Assembly (NCBI GenBank): GCA_018623495.1
Contig: JAAZVP010000003.1
Location: 3,466-67,465 of the forward strand
Origin: Halothiobacillus sp.
GTDB lineage: Bacteria; Pseudomonadota; Gammaproteobacteria; JAAZVP01
Length of the DNA: 64,000 nucleotides
Direction of reading: 5' to 3'
The position numbers were made by a program, and so were the translations under genes. Shown piece by piece: positions 52,341 through 63,109 of the stretch (the stretch's first letter is position 1; every line of letters begins with the position of its first letter). Below the pieces are notes generated by a model. That model was not told the origin of the DNA. It made no database searches and worked only from the letters and a program-made list of their open reading frames with translations.

Positions 52341-53646
52341 AACCGTCTTCCTGCTGGCCTTCCTGCTGGCGCCGGTCGTTCAGGCGGCCCCGGCGATCGA
52401 GTCCTGGCAGACCGACAACGGGGCCCGGGTGCTGTTCGTCCACAGCGAAGCGCTGCCCATGGTGGACCTGCGGGTGGTCTTCGATGCCGGCGCGGCCCGG
52501 GACGGCGACCGCCCGGGGCTGGCCCGGCTCACCAACCGGCTGCTGGGCCAGGGTACCGAGGCCCGTTCGGCCGACGCCGTGGCCGCCGCCTTCGACCGCG
52601 TGGGGGCCCGCTTCTCCCACGGCTCGAAACGCGACATGGCCTATTTCTCCCTGCGGGCGCTGAGCATGCCCGAGCGCCTCGAGCCCGCGGTGGCCACCTT
52701 CGCCGAACTCCTGCGGGCCCCGGCCTTCGGCGAGCGGGCCTTCGAGCGCGAGCGGCGGCGGATGTTGCAAGCGGTCAAGGCCCGCGAGCAGGACCCCGGC
52801 AGCGTGGCCAGGCGGGTGTTCTACGACGCTGTCTACGGTGACCACCCCTACGCCACCCCGCCGGGCGGCACGGCGGCGTCGCTGGAGGCCATCGACCGCG
52901 GGGCCGTGCGCGCCTTCCACCGGCGCTTCTACGTGGGTGCCAACGCCACCGTGGCGATCATGGGCGACCTGTCCCGGGAGCGGGCCGAGGCGCTCGCCGA
53001 GACGGTGGTGGGCGAACTGCCCCGCGGCGAGGCCGCGCCGTCGCTGCCGGCGGTCGAGCCCCTGGAGGCGGCCCGCACGGTGCGCGTGGACTTCCCCTCG
53101 CGCCAGGCCCACATCCTCATGGGCCAGCCGGGCATGGCGCGGGGCGAGCCCGACTACCACGCGCTGTATCTCGCCAACCACGTGCTCGGCGGCTCGGGCT
53201 TCTCCTCGCGGCTGATGAGCGAGATCCGCGAGGCGCGCGGGCTGGCCTACAGCGTCTACAGCTACTTCGCCCCCATGGCCGCGCGCGGGCCATTCGTGAT
53301 GGGCATGCAGACCCAGGGCAGCCAGGCCGGGGAGGCGATCGAGCTGCTGCGCGACAACCTCGCGGCCTTCGTCGAGGACGGGCCCACCGCCGAGGAGGTG
53401 GAGCACGCGCAGAAAAACATCACCGGTGGCTTCCCGCTGCGCATCGATTCCAACCGCGAGATCGTCCAGTACCTGGCGATGATCGGCTTCTACGACCTGC
53501 CGCTGGACTACCTGGACCGCTTCAGCGGACAGGTGGCGGCGGTGGATGCCGCCGACGCCCGCGAGGCCTTCGCCGGGCGCATCGACCCCGGTCGCCTGGT
53601 GACGGTGGTCGTCGGCGGCGGGGCCGGGGCGGACGATGGCGCGTAA
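52330..53646 (+). CDS. M16 family peptidase-like protein, the second member of the tandem pair, with signal peptide
   Basis: M16 fold without a clear HxxEH motif. Overlaps the upstream M16 gene by 11 nt. Confidence 0.82.
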   Translation: MFARTVFLLAFLLAPVVQAAPAIESWQTDNGARVLFVHSEALPMVDLRVVFDAGAARDGDRPGLARLTNRLLGQGTEARSADAVAAAFDRVGARFSHGSKRDMAYFSLRALSMPERLEPAVATFAELLRAPAFGERAFERERRRMLQAVKAREQDPGSVARRVFYDAVYGDHPYATPPGGTAASLEAIDRGAVRAFHRRFYVGANATVAIMGDLSRERAEALAETVVGELPRGEAAPSLPAVEPLEAARTVRVDFPSRQAHILMGQPGMARGEPDYHALYLANHVLGGSGFSSRLMSEIREARGLAYSVYSYFAPMAARGPFVMGMQTQGSQAGEAIELLRDNLAAFVEDGPTAEEVEHAQKNITGGFPLRIDSNREIVQYLAMIGFYDLPLDYLDRFSGQVAAVDAADAREAFAGRIDPGRLVTVVVGGGAGADDGA

Positions 53647-54211
53647 GGGCGGGCTCAGGCTGATCGCCGGCCGCTGGGGTGGAAGGCGCCTGCCGGTGGC
53701 CGACCGACCCGGCCTGCGGCCCACCCCGGACCGCGTCCGCGAGACCCTGTTCAACTGGCTCCAGGGCCGGGTTCCCGGGGCGCGCTGCCTGGACCTGTTC
53801 GCCGGCAGTGGCGCGCTGGGGCTGGAGGCGGCCTCGCGGGGCGCGGCGCGGGTCGAGCTGGTGGAGCGCGACGGCCGCGCGGCGCGGGCGCTGACGGCGC
53901 GCGCCGCCGAGCTCGACCCGGCGGTGATCCGCGTCCACCGGGGGGACGTGGCCCGTTTCCTGGCGGGTGCACCGGAGGCGCCCTTCGACCTGGTGTTCGT
54001 CGACCCGCCCTACGCCGGCCGGCGCGTGTCGGCGGTGCTCGAGGCCCTCGGTCGCGGCGGCTGGCTGGCGCCGGGGGCGCGCGTCTACGTCGAGTTCGAC
54101 GCCCACGGGCCGGCCCCGTCCCTGCCCGGCGGCTGGGCGGTGATCCGCGAGGGCCGGGCGGGGGATGCCGCCTTCGCCCTGGTCGGGCCGGGGGAGGGCT
54201 TGGATGAGTGA
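53636..54211 (+). CDS. rsmD: 16S rRNA m2G966 methyltransferase RsmD
   Basis: LDLFAGSGALGLEAASRGA...VFVDPPY. Confidence 0.85.
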   Translation: MARKGGLRLIAGRWGGRRLPVADRPGLRPTPDRVRETLFNWLQGRVPGARCLDLFAGSGALGLEAASRGAARVELVERDGRAARALTARAAELDPAVIRVHRGDVARFLAGAPEAPFDLVFVDPPYAGRRVSAVLEALGRGGWLAPGARVYVEFDAHGPAPSLPGGWAVIREGRAGDAAFALVGPGEGLDE

Positions 54212-54689
54212 CCGCATCGGCGATCTCGATCGGGCAGGGCTGCTGGCCCTGTTGCGCGACTACGACGCCTACATCCGGGCCGCCAATGCCGACGATCGCT
54301 ACCGCGACGGCTGGCGGCCGCTGGACGTGGCCGGCTTCTTCGCCGCGTACCGGCAGGCCCCGGGAGCCGGGTCCAGCGACGAACCCGGGGCGGCGCCGGT
54401 CGAGGCGGCCGCCGGGCCGGCCTCGCTCGCCGGCGAGCGCATCCGCACCGACGGTGCCCGGTTCCGCGCGTTCTTCCAGGACGAGGCCACCTGGGCCGGG
54501 GACGCCCTGATCGTCAATCTCGACCTGCGCATCAACGGCCTGGAGCTCGACCCGATCAAGCCCGACACCCTGCAGATCGCCGAGCTGGGGGCCCACGACG
54601 AGGTGGTGATCATCGACGGGCTGGTGGAGCAGGGTGACCGCCTGGTGAGCCTGCAGGAGGCCTTCGTCGGCTGGCTGGCCGGCCGCTGA
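54204..54689 (+). CDS. Hypothetical protein (about 161 aa, soluble, no recognised motif)
   Basis: ORF with a GGGGGAGGG RBS 6 nt before the ATG. It sits between rsmD and coaD, overlapping the rsmD end by 8 nt. Confidence 0.55.
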   Translation: MSDRIGDLDRAGLLALLRDYDAYIRAANADDRYRDGWRPLDVAGFFAAYRQAPGAGSSDEPGAAPVEAAAGPASLAGERIRTDGARFRAFFQDEATWAGDALIVNLDLRINGLELDPIKPDTLQIAELGAHDEVVIIDGLVEQGDRLVSLQEAFVGWLAGR

Positions 54690-54730
54690 ACGGCTATGCT
54701 CTTCGCGCCCCGCCCACCCCAGGAGCCGCA

Positions 54731-55210
54731 ATGAGCGTCACCGCCGTCTATCCCGGCACCTTCGATCCCATCACCCACGGTCACCGCGACCTGGTGGAGC
54801 GGGCCACGCGGTTGTTCGGGCGGGTGATCCTGGGCGTGGCCGAGGACTCCGGCAAGACCCCGGTGTTCGACCTCGACGAGCGCGTGGCGATGGCCCGCCG
54901 GGCGCTGGCGGGCATCGAGGGGGTGGAGGTGAAGCCCTTCGGCGGCCTGCTGGTGGACTTTGCCCGGCAGATCGACGCCCAGGTGATCATCCGCGGGCTG
55001 CGCGCGGTGTCGGACTTCGAATACGAGGTCCAGCTGGCGGGCATGAACCGCCAGCTGGCCCCGGGGGTGGAAACGATCTTTCTCACCCCGGCCGAGCGTT
55101 TCGGCTTTGTCTCCTCCAGCCTGGTGCGCGAAATCGCCCGTCTCGGCGGCGACGTCTCCGGGTTCGTCGACCCCGCCGTGATGGCTGAACTGGAACGCAA
55201 ACTCCGGTAG
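54731..55210 (+). CDS. coaD: Phosphopantetheine adenylyltransferase
   Basis: [19 protein letters not shown]. Confidence 0.95.
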   Translation: MSVTAVYPGTFDPITHGHRDLVERATRLFGRVILGVAEDSGKTPVFDLDERVAMARRALAGIEGVEVKPFGGLLVDFARQIDAQVIIRGLRAVSDFEYEVQLAGMNRQLAPGVETIFLTPAERFGFVSSSLVREIARLGGDVSGFVDPAVMAELERKLR

Positions 55211-55525
<315 letters not shown>

Positions 55526-55631
55526 TGGCCTTCCGCGAGGCCCCGGACCCGGGGCCTCGCTGCCTTGCGCCGCCGGGGGCCGCCCCCGGGCGCCCGCACC
55601 CCGGCGCCACCCGCGCCGCCACCTTCCCTCG

Positions 55632-57341
55632 ATGCGCCTGACGATACTCGCCCTGGTCCTGCTCGGGCTGGCGTTCGCCGGAGCCCCGTGGGCGGCCGAG
55701 GGCGAGCGGGGGATCGCCAGCGCCCACCCGGCGGCCACCGATGCCGGCATGGCGGTCCTCGACGCCGGGGGCAACGCCTTCGACGCCGCCGTGGCGGTGT
55801 CCGCGGCCCTGGCGGTGGTGGAGCCCTACAGCTCGGGCATCGGCGGGGGTGGCTTCTGGCTGCTCCACCAGGCCGAGGGCGACCGCCAAGTGATGGTCGA
55901 CGGCCGGGAGACCGCCCCCGGGCGAGCCAGCCGGACGATGTACCAGGACGCCGAGGGCGAGGTGATCCCCTCGGCCTCCATCGACGGCCCCCTGGCCGCC
56001 GGCATCCCCGGGATGCCCGCCGCCCTCGTCCACATCGCCGAGCGCTACGGTCGGCTGCCCCTGGAGCGCTCCCTGGCGCCGGCCATCCGGCTGGCCCGCG
56101 AGGGCTTCTCGGTGGACGCCCGCTACCGGCGCCTGGCCCGCTTTCGGCTCGAGGCCCTGCGGGCCTCGCCGGCGGCCGCGCGGGTCTTTCTCGACGACGG
56201 TGCGGTGCCCGAACCGGGCCACCGCATCCGCCAGCCGGCCCTGGCCCGGACCCTGGAGCGGCTGGCGCGCGAGGGCCGCGAGGGGTTCTACGCCGGCCCG
56301 GTGGCCGAAGCCCTGGTCGACGGGGTGCGCGAGGCCGGCGGCATCTGGGAACCGGCGGACCTGGCCGGCTACCGCGTGCTCGAGCGCGAGCCCATCCGCT
56401 TCGACTACCGCGGCATGGAGGTGGCTGCCGCCTCGCCACCGTCCTCCGGCGGCATCGCCCTGGCCGAGATGTTCCACATCCTCGAGGTCTTCGATCTCGA
56501 CGAGCTCGGCCGGGTCGACCGGGCCCACCTGGCGATCGAGGCGATGCGCCGGGCCTACCGCGACCGGGCCGAGCACCTGGGCGACCCGGATTTCCACCCG
56601 GTGCCGGTCGGGCGGCTCACCGACCCGGACTACGCCGCCGGCCTGGCCGCCTCCATCCGCCTGGATCGCGCCACCCCCTCCGCCAGCCTGCCGGGGGTCA
56701 CCGGCGCGCCGGGCGGCCGCGACACCACCCACTTCTCGGTCATCGATGCCGACGGCAACCGGGTGGCGGCGACCCTCTCGGTCAATTACCCCTTCGGCTC
56801 GGGCTTCGTCGCGCCCGGCACCGGTGTGCTGCTCAACGACGAGATGGACGATTTCTCCGCCAAGCCCGGCGTGCCCAACGTCTACGGCCTGGTTGGCGGC
56901 GAGGCCAACGCCATCGAGCCGGGCAAGCGGATGCTTTCCAGCATGACGCCGGCCTTCCTGGAGAAGGACGGGCGGGTGGCGGCCATCGGCACGCCGGGTG
57001 GCTCGCGCATCATCACCATGGTCTTTCTCGGTGCCCGGGCGTTCTTCGAGGGTGCCGGCGCGCAGGCCATCGTCGAACGGCCGCGCTTCCACCACCAGTT
57101 CCGCCCCGACCGCGTGGAGGTGGAGCCCGGGGCGCTGGACGGCCTGCGCGACGCGCTGAGCCTGCGGGGACACCGGGTCGAGGAGCATGAGCGGCCCTGG
57201 GGCAACATGCAGGTGGTGCTCGATGGACCCGGCGGGATGGAGGCGGCGGCCGACCCCCGCGGCATCGGCAGCGCCCGGGTCGAGGCGGCCCCGGCCGCTG
57301 CCGTCGCCAACGCGGCCGACGGTGGCCGGACGGCGCCCTGA
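55632..57341 (+). CDS. ggt: Gamma-glutamyltranspeptidase
   Basis: Signal peptide, TTHFSVIDADGN autoprocessing site and GTPGGSRII. Confidence 0.9.
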   Translation: MRLTILALVLLGLAFAGAPWAAEGERGIASAHPAATDAGMAVLDAGGNAFDAAVAVSAALAVVEPYSSGIGGGGFWLLHQAEGDRQVMVDGRETAPGRASRTMYQDAEGEVIPSASIDGPLAAGIPGMPAALVHIAERYGRLPLERSLAPAIRLAREGFSVDARYRRLARFRLEALRASPAAARVFLDDGAVPEPGHRIRQPALARTLERLAREGREGFYAGPVAEALVDGVREAGGIWEPADLAGYRVLEREPIRFDYRGMEVAAASPPSSGGIALAEMFHILEVFDLDELGRVDRAHLAIEAMRRAYRDRAEHLGDPDFHPVPVGRLTDPDYAAGLAASIRLDRATPSASLPGVTGAPGGRDTTHFSVIDADGNRVAATLSVNYPFGSGFVAPGTGVLLNDEMDDFSAKPGVPNVYGLVGGEANAIEPGKRMLSSMTPAFLEKDGRVAAIGTPGGSRIITMVFLGARAFFEGAGAQAIVERPRFHHQFRPDRVEVEPGALDGLRDALSLRGHRVEEHERPWGNMQVVLDGPGGMEAAADPRGIGSARVEAAPAAAVANAADGGRTAP

Positions 57342-57370
57342 GGCGATTTTCCGGCAGCCCCGAGCGGCTG

Positions 57371-57379
57371 TGTTATAAT
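57371..57379 (+). promoter_or_regulatory. Extended -10 element TGTTATAAT 32 nt upstream of ectA
   Basis: A perfect TATAAT preceded by TGn, located in the ggt-ectA spacer. Confidence 0.45.
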
Positions 57380-57410
57380 TCATCGCTGTCCCAAACAGAT
57401 AGGGCAACGC

Positions 57411-57914
57411 ATGTCATCAGACAATGCGGACGCGGATATCCATTTGCGTCCACCACGCCTTGAAGATGGCAAGGCGGTTCACGAGCTCATTCGTGACAAC
57501 CCCCCGCTGGATCTCAATTCCGTTTACAGCTATTTCCTGCTCTGCAGTCACTTCGCCGGTACCTGCGCGGTGGCCGAGGTGGATGGTCGCGTGACCGGTT
57601 TCCTCTCGGCCTACCGCGAGCCCGAGTCCCCCGACCGCCTGTTCGTCTGGCAGGTGGTGGTCGACCCCTCGATGCGGGGCCACGGCCTGGCCGGGCGCCT
57701 GCTGCAGGCCGTCCTCGAGCGCGACGCCCTGGGCGACGTGCGCTTTCTCGAGGCCACCGTCAATCCCTCCAACACGGCCTCGGCACGTTTCCTGGAAAAG
57801 ACGGCGGAGCGCCTCGGTGCCGACCTCGAGAAGTCCGTTTTCCTGTCCAGGGAGGACTTCGGCGGCGAGGAGCACGAGGAGGAAATCCTCTTTCGCATCG
57901 GTCCACTCTCATAA
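57411..57914 (+). CDS. ectA: L-2,4-diaminobutyrate acetyltransferase
   Basis: GNAT fold with EctA-specific motifs (IRDNPPLDLNSVYSYF, WQVVVDPSMRGHGLA). Confidence 0.9.
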   Translation: MSSDNADADIHLRPPRLEDGKAVHELIRDNPPLDLNSVYSYFLLCSHFAGTCAVAEVDGRVTGFLSAYREPESPDRLFVWQVVVDPSMRGHGLAGRLLQAVLERDALGDVRFLEATVNPSNTASARFLEKTAERLGADLEKSVFLSREDFGGEEHEEEILFRIGPLS

Positions 57915-57935
57915 AAATCACGGGATAAATCGGTC

Positions 57936-59195
57936 ATGAAGACTTTCGACAAGCACGAATCCGAAGTCCGGGGTTACGTTCGCTCGTTCCCGGAGGTTTT
58001 CGATCGTTCCAAGGGCTCGCTGATCTTCGACGAGGAAGGCAACCGCTTCATCGACTTCTTCGGCGGTGCCGGGGCGTTGAACTACGGTCACAACGATGAC
58101 GCGATCAACGAGGCCCTGATCGAATACATCAAGCACGAAGGGATCCAGCACGGCCTGGACAAGGCCACCGTGGCCAAGCGCGACTTCATCGACACCCTCT
58201 ACAAGAACGTCATGGAGCCGCGCGGGCTGGGCGACTACAAGATCCAGTTCACCGGCCCCACCGGCACCAACGCGGTGGAAGCGGCGCTCAAGGTGGCGCG
58301 CAAGGCCAAGAACCGCTCCAACGTGATCTCGTTCACCAACGGCTTCCACGGTCTGTCCATGGGGTCGCTGTCGATCACGGCCAACAGCGTCTACCACGAC
58401 CCGGCCTACCCGCAGTTCAGCAACGTCACCCAGGCGCCTTTCGACCAGTACCTGGGCGAGGACTACGACACCATCGACTACCTGCGTCGCCTGCTCGAGG
58501 ACAAGAGCTCGGGCATGCAGCTGCCGGCGGCGGTGATCCTGGAGACCATCCAGGCCGAGGGCGGCATCAACGTCGCCAGCGAGGAGTGGCTGCGCAGCCT
58601 GCGCAAGCTCTGCGACGACTTCGACATCCTGATGATCGTCGACGACATCCAGGTGGGCAACGGCCGTACCGGCCCGTTCTTCTCCTTCGAGCGCGCCGGC
58701 ATCAAGCCCGACATCATCACCCTGTCCAAGTCCATCGGCGCCGGCCAGCCCATGGCCGTGGTACTGCTCAAGCCGGAGGTGGACGTCTGGGAGCCGGGCG
58801 AGCATACCGGCACCTTCCGCGGCAACAACCTGGCCTTCGTCGCTTCCCGGACCGCGCTCAAGCGCTGGGAGGACGATGCCTTCCAGAAGTCCGTGGAGGC
58901 CAAGGGCGAGTACATCGCCGAGCGTTTCCAGAAGCTCGCCGAGAAGTACTCCGACCTGAACGCCGAGGCCCGCGGCCTGGGCATGATCCAGGGCCTGGAG
59001 ATCCCCGTCGACGGCTTCGCCGACAAGGTCTCCGAGGAGGCCTTCAAGAACGGCCTGATCATCGAGCTGGCCGGCGCCGAGGACCACGTGATCAAGTTCC
59101 TCGGCCCGCTGGTGATCGAGCAGGAGATCCTCGAGGAAGGCCTCGACATCCTGGAAAAGGCCATCGACACCGTCTACCAGCAGCACAAGGGCTGA
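57936..59195 (+). CDS. ectB: Diaminobutyrate-2-oxoglutarate transaminase
   Basis: Class III aminotransferase matching EctB (RSFPEVFDRSKGS). Confidence 0.95.
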   Translation: MKTFDKHESEVRGYVRSFPEVFDRSKGSLIFDEEGNRFIDFFGGAGALNYGHNDDAINEALIEYIKHEGIQHGLDKATVAKRDFIDTLYKNVMEPRGLGDYKIQFTGPTGTNAVEAALKVARKAKNRSNVISFTNGFHGLSMGSLSITANSVYHDPAYPQFSNVTQAPFDQYLGEDYDTIDYLRRLLEDKSSGMQLPAAVILETIQAEGGINVASEEWLRSLRKLCDDFDILMIVDDIQVGNGRTGPFFSFERAGIKPDIITLSKSIGAGQPMAVVLLKPEVDVWEPGEHTGTFRGNNLAFVASRTALKRWEDDAFQKSVEAKGEYIAERFQKLAEKYSDLNAEARGLGMIQGLEIPVDGFADKVSEEAFKNGLIIELAGAEDHVIKFLGPLVIEQEILEEGLDILEKAIDTVYQQHKG

Positions 59196-59222
59196 TTCCG
59201 CGCCCCTGCGCTGGAGGTTTCG

Positions 59223-59250
59223 CGGCCGGCGTCAGCCGGCCGTTTTCGTT
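59223..59250 (+). terminator. Stable hairpin plus U-tract between ectB and ectC: candidate attenuator or partial terminator
   Basis: CGGCCGGC-GTCA-GCCGGCCG (8-bp GC stem) followed by TTTTCGTT. Confidence 0.55.
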
Positions 59251-59273
59251 CCGGTCAAAGAGGAGAATCGGGA

Positions 59274-59663
59274 ATGATCGTACGCCACCTCAACGACATC
59301 ATCGGCTCGCAGTCCGACGTCAAGGGCGAGGGCTGGAACAGCCGCCGGCTGCTGCTCAAGCAGGACGGCATGGGCTACACCGTCGCCGACACCATCATCA
59401 GCGAGGGTGCCGAGCTGCACCTGTGGTACAAGAACCACCTCGAGGCGGTCTACTGCATCGAGGGCAGCGGCCAGATCAAGGACCTGGCCACCGACGAGGT
59501 CCACGAGATCGAAGTGGGCACCATCTACGCCCTCGACCAGCACGACCGCCACATCCTGATGGCCAACAAGGGCGAGCACATGCGCATGGTCTGCGTGTTC
59601 AACCCGCCGCTCACCGGTCGCGAGACCCACGACGAGGACGGTTCCTACAACCTGTCCGAGTAA
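59274..59663 (+). CDS. ectC: L-ectoine synthase
   Basis: Cupin fold matching EctC (MIVRHLNDIIGSQSDV...WYKNHLEAVYCIEGSG). Confidence 0.95.
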   Translation: MIVRHLNDIIGSQSDVKGEGWNSRRLLLKQDGMGYTVADTIISEGAELHLWYKNHLEAVYCIEGSGQIKDLATDEVHEIEVGTIYALDQHDRHILMANKGEHMRMVCVFNPPLTGRETHDEDGSYNLSE

Positions 59664-59676
59664 GCCGGCGCCGGGG

Positions 59677-60105
59677 TCATTCCCCCCGCCCGAAGTAGGC
59701 CCGCACCAGCGCCTGTGCGTGTTCGGCGAGGATCCGCACGTGCAGGGGCTCGTAGCTGGCGTAGTCCGACAGGTTGCAGCCCTCGGTGACGTCGCCCTCG
59801 GGGCTGAAGTCGAGACGATGGACCGGGACATGCCTCTCCCCGGCCGGCAGCGGCTGCACTGCCCCGTATTCCAGCCAGCCGTTCTCCAGGTCGTGGCCGA
59901 AGGCCACGTAGACCACCGCACCGAAGAACGAGAAGCGCAGCTCGTTGTCCCCGCCGCCCTTGTGGAGGATCCGGTACTCGTGGAGGCTCGCGTAGTCGAT
60001 CGAGGCCACGATGCAGCTCTTGGCGTGCTGCCACTGGCGGGCGAGCTTCTGGTAGGTGTCGCTGTGGGTCTCCAGCTTGTCCAGGCCGGGCATGGTTTCG
60101 CTCAT
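59677..60105 (-). CDS. Hypothetical protein (about 142 aa), convergent with ectC and ending 13 nt from it
   Basis: ORF with a strong GAGGAGG RBS before the ATG at 60103-60105. No motif I recognise. Confidence 0.55.
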   Translation of the reverse strand: MSETMPGLDKLETHSDTYQKLARQWQHAKSCIVASIDYASLHEYRILHKGGGDNELRFSFFGAVVYVAFGHDLENGWLEYGAVQPLPAGERHVPVHRLDFSPEGDVTEGCNLSDYASYEPLHVRILAEHAQALVRAYFGRGE

Positions 60106-60166
60106 GGATCGCCTCCTCGGGCCGGTTGGAACATCCATTCCAATCATAGTCCAGCGGGGCGGGATT

Positions 60167-60982
60167 TCAGCGCTGGCAGCGGGGGCAGTAGTAGCTGGAT
60201 CGCTGGCCGATGAGGGCCTGGCGGATCGTCGCCGTGCAGCGCGGGCAGGGTTCGCCGCCCCTTTCGTAGACCTCGAGGCGCTGGCGGAAGTAGCCCGGCT
60301 GCCCGTCCTCGCGGAGGAAGTCGCGCAGGGTGGTGCCGCCCTGTTCGATGGCCGCCGCCAGGACCGCCCGGATGGCCTCGACCAGCGCCTCCATCCGCCG
60401 GGCGCTGATCCGCCCGGCGGCCCGGCGGGGGTGGATGCCGGCGCGAAAGAGCGCCTCGTTGGCGTAGATGTTGCCCACGCCCACCACGATGCGGTTGTTC
60501 ATGATGAACGGCTTGATCGCCTGGCGCCTCCCCCGGCCGACCCGCCGGAGGTAGGCGCCGTCGAAGCCCTCGCCCAGCGGCTCGGGGCCGAGCGGGGCGA
60601 GCAGGGGGTGCTCGGCCGGCGGTTCGCGGGTCCATAGGGCCGCGCCGAAGCGGCGGGGATCGTGCAGGCGCAGGCAGCGGCCCGAGTCCAGGCGGATCTC
60701 GAGGTGGTCGTGGCGCCGGCGGGGCGTTTCCGGGTCGCTCACGCGCAGGCTGCCGGACATGCCCAGGTGCAGGATCAGCGTCCCGCCGGCCGTCTCCAGC
60801 AGAAGGTACTTGGCCCGCCGGCGGACGGCCTCGATCCGCTGCCCGGCGAGCGCCCCCGCCAGCTCCGCGGGCACCGGCCAGCGCAGGCGCGGATCGAAGA
60901 CACGCACCGCCTCCACCCGCCGCCCCTCGAGGCTGGGGGCGATGCCGCGGCGGGTGGTCTCGACTTCGGGGAGCTCGGGCAT
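60167..60982 (-). CDS. mutM: Formamidopyrimidine-DNA glycosylase
   Basis: [15 protein letters not shown]-terminus and a C-terminal zinc finger [25 protein letters not shown]. Confidence 0.9.
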   Translation of the reverse strand: MPELPEVETTRRGIAPSLEGRRVEAVRVFDPRLRWPVPAELAGALAGQRIEAVRRRAKYLLLETAGGTLILHLGMSGSLRVSDPETPRRRHDHLEIRLDSGRCLRLHDPRRFGAALWTREPPAEHPLLAPLGPEPLGEGFDGAYLRRVGRGRRQAIKPFIMNNRIVVGVGNIYANEALFRAGIHPRRAAGRISARRMEALVEAIRAVLAAAIEQGGTTLRDFLREDGQPGYFRQRLEVYERGGEPCPRCTATIRQALIGQRSSYYCPRCQR

Positions 60983-61056
60983 GGGACGGGGTCGGGAATG
61001 GGCGGGCATGCGAGAATAACGCGCCTGCCCGATGGATGCACGGTGGAGGAAAAGCG

Positions 61057-63027
61057 ATGCCGACAACCCGTGACGAGGTGCTGCTGGGGGTGGACACCGG
61101 CGGTACGTTCACCGATTTCGTCGCCTTCGAGGACGGGCGCCTGCGGGTGCACAAGGTCCTGTCCACACCGGCCGCCCCGGAACGGGCCATCCTCCGGGGC
61201 ATCGAGGAGATGGCCCTCGACCCGGCGCGCCTGCGGGTGATCCACGGTTCCACCGTGGCCACCAATGCCGTGCTCGAGGGCAAGGGAGCCGCCACCGCCT
61301 TCGTCACCAACCGCGGTTTCGCCGACCTGCTCACCATCGGCCGCCAGGCCCGGCCCGAACTCTATCGTTTCTGCGCGGCGCCGCGCCGGCCACCGGTGCC
61401 GCCCTCGCTCTGCCTGGAGACCGGCGGCCGGCTGGCCGCGGACGGGCGCGAGCTCGAGCCGCTCACCGAGGCCGACCTGCGCGCGCTGCGCCGGGCCGTG
61501 GAGGAGGTCGGGGTGGAGGCTGTGGCCATCAGCCTGCTTTTCGCCCACCTCGACGAGCGCAGCGAGCGGGCCATCGCTCGCGCCATGCCCGACGGGGTCT
61601 TCGTCAGCCGTTCCTCGGCGGTGCTGCCGGAGCAGGGGGAGTACGAGCGCGGCATCGCCACCTGGCTCAACGCCACCGTCGGTCCGCGCATGCAGGGCTA
61701 TCTCGACCGCCTGCGCGGCGCGCTGGCCCCGGCGCCGGTGGCGGTGATGCAGAGCGCCGGTCGGACCGTGGCCGCCGAGCAGGCGGCCGAGCACGGCGTC
61801 CAGCTGTTGCTCTCCGGGCCGGCCGGTGGCCTGATGGCGGCCCGCTGGCTGGGCGAGACCACCGGCCACCGGCGCCTGATGAGCTTCGACATCGGTGGCA
61901 CCTCCACCGACGTGGCCCTGATCGACGGCGAGGTGGGTCTGACCAACGAGGGCGCCATCGCCGGCTACCCGGTGGCCGTGCCCCAGGTGGACATGCATAC
62001 CATCGGCGCCGGTGGCGGTTCCATCGCCCGGGTGGACGCGGGTGGGCTGCTGCAGGTGGGCCCCGAGTCCGCCGGTGCCGACCCGGGCCCGGCCTGCTAC
62101 GGGTCCGGGGGCAGCGCGCCCACCCTCACCGACGCCAACGTGGTGCTCGGCCGCCTGTACCCCGACGCCAGCCTGGGCGGTTCGCTGACCCTGGACGTGG
62201 CGGCCGCCGAGGCGGCCGTCGCCGGGGTCGGGTCGGCGCTGGGCATGGGGCCGGTCGACTGCGCCCGTGGCATCGTCCGCCTGGCCGTGGAGCGCATGGC
62301 CCGCGCCCTGCGGGTGATCTCGGTGGAGCGCGGCCATGACCCGGCCGATTTCGTGCTCACCGCCTTCGGCGGGGCCGGCGGCCTGCACGTCTGCGAACTG
62401 GCCGAGGCAATGGGCATGCAGCGGGCGATGGTCCCGCGCAACGCCGGCGTGCTCTCGGCCCAGGGGATGCTCGTGGCCCCGCCCGGCCGGCAGCGCTCGT
62501 TGGGGCTGCGGGGTCGGCTCGAACGGGTGGGCGAGTCGCGGATCGCCGCCGAGCTCGAGCGGCTGCGCGCGGGTGCCGCGGCCGAGCTGGCCGCCGAGGG
62601 CGTTGGCCTACCACGGGCCCGTTTTTCCCTGGACCTGCGCTACGAGGGCCAGGCCTTCGCCCTCGGCGTCCCCTGGACGGGCGACTGCGCCGCCGCCGAG
62701 GCGGCCTTCCATGCCCGCCACGAGGCGCGATTCGGTCACGCGATGGACGCGCCGGTGGAGCTGGTCGCCGTGCGTGCCGGCCTGGAGGGCGCGCCCCGGC
62801 CGGTCCGGATGCCCGAGTGGCCGGCGGGGGTGGCCGCCCGGCCGATCCAGGTCGCGTCCCTGCCGGGCTTCGATGCGCCGGTGCCGGTGTTCGACCGCGA
62901 GGCGCTGGCGAGCGGTCAGCGCGTCGCCGGGCCGGCGATCATCGCCGAGCCGGTCTCCACCACCTGGGTGGCGCCGGGCTGGACCCTCGAGGTGGACCGC
63001 TTCGGCAATCTGCTCCTGGATCGTTGA
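61057..63027 (+). CDS. hyuA: Hydantoinase A / 5-oxoprolinase family subunit (HyuA-like)
   Basis: Hydantoinase_A signature ([24 protein letters not shown]). GGAGG RBS. Confidence 0.85.
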   Translation: MPTTRDEVLLGVDTGGTFTDFVAFEDGRLRVHKVLSTPAAPERAILRGIEEMALDPARLRVIHGSTVATNAVLEGKGAATAFVTNRGFADLLTIGRQARPELYRFCAAPRRPPVPPSLCLETGGRLAADGRELEPLTEADLRALRRAVEEVGVEAVAISLLFAHLDERSERAIARAMPDGVFVSRSSAVLPEQGEYERGIATWLNATVGPRMQGYLDRLRGALAPAPVAVMQSAGRTVAAEQAAEHGVQLLLSGPAGGLMAARWLGETTGHRRLMSFDIGGTSTDVALIDGEVGLTNEGAIAGYPVAVPQVDMHTIGAGGGSIARVDAGGLLQVGPESAGADPGPACYGSGGSAPTLTDANVVLGRLYPDASLGGSLTLDVAAAEAAVAGVGSALGMGPVDCARGIVRLAVERMARALRVISVERGHDPADFVLTAFGGAGGLHVCELAEAMGMQRAMVPRNAGVLSAQGMLVAPPGRQRSLGLRGRLERVGESRIAAELERLRAGAAAELAAEGVGLPRARFSLDLRYEGQAFALGVPWTGDCAAAEAAFHARHEARFGHAMDAPVELVAVRAGLEGAPRPVRMPEWPAGVAARPIQVASLPGFDAPVPVFDREALASGQRVAGPAIIAEPVSTTWVAPGWTLEVDRFGNLLLDR

Positions 63028-63109
63028 AGGCGCGCAGTCGAGGATGGAGGGGCGGGAGACGGTGCCAGGGTGCCGTTCACGGCCTTTTTCGACGCTTGCT
63101 GCCGGGTGC

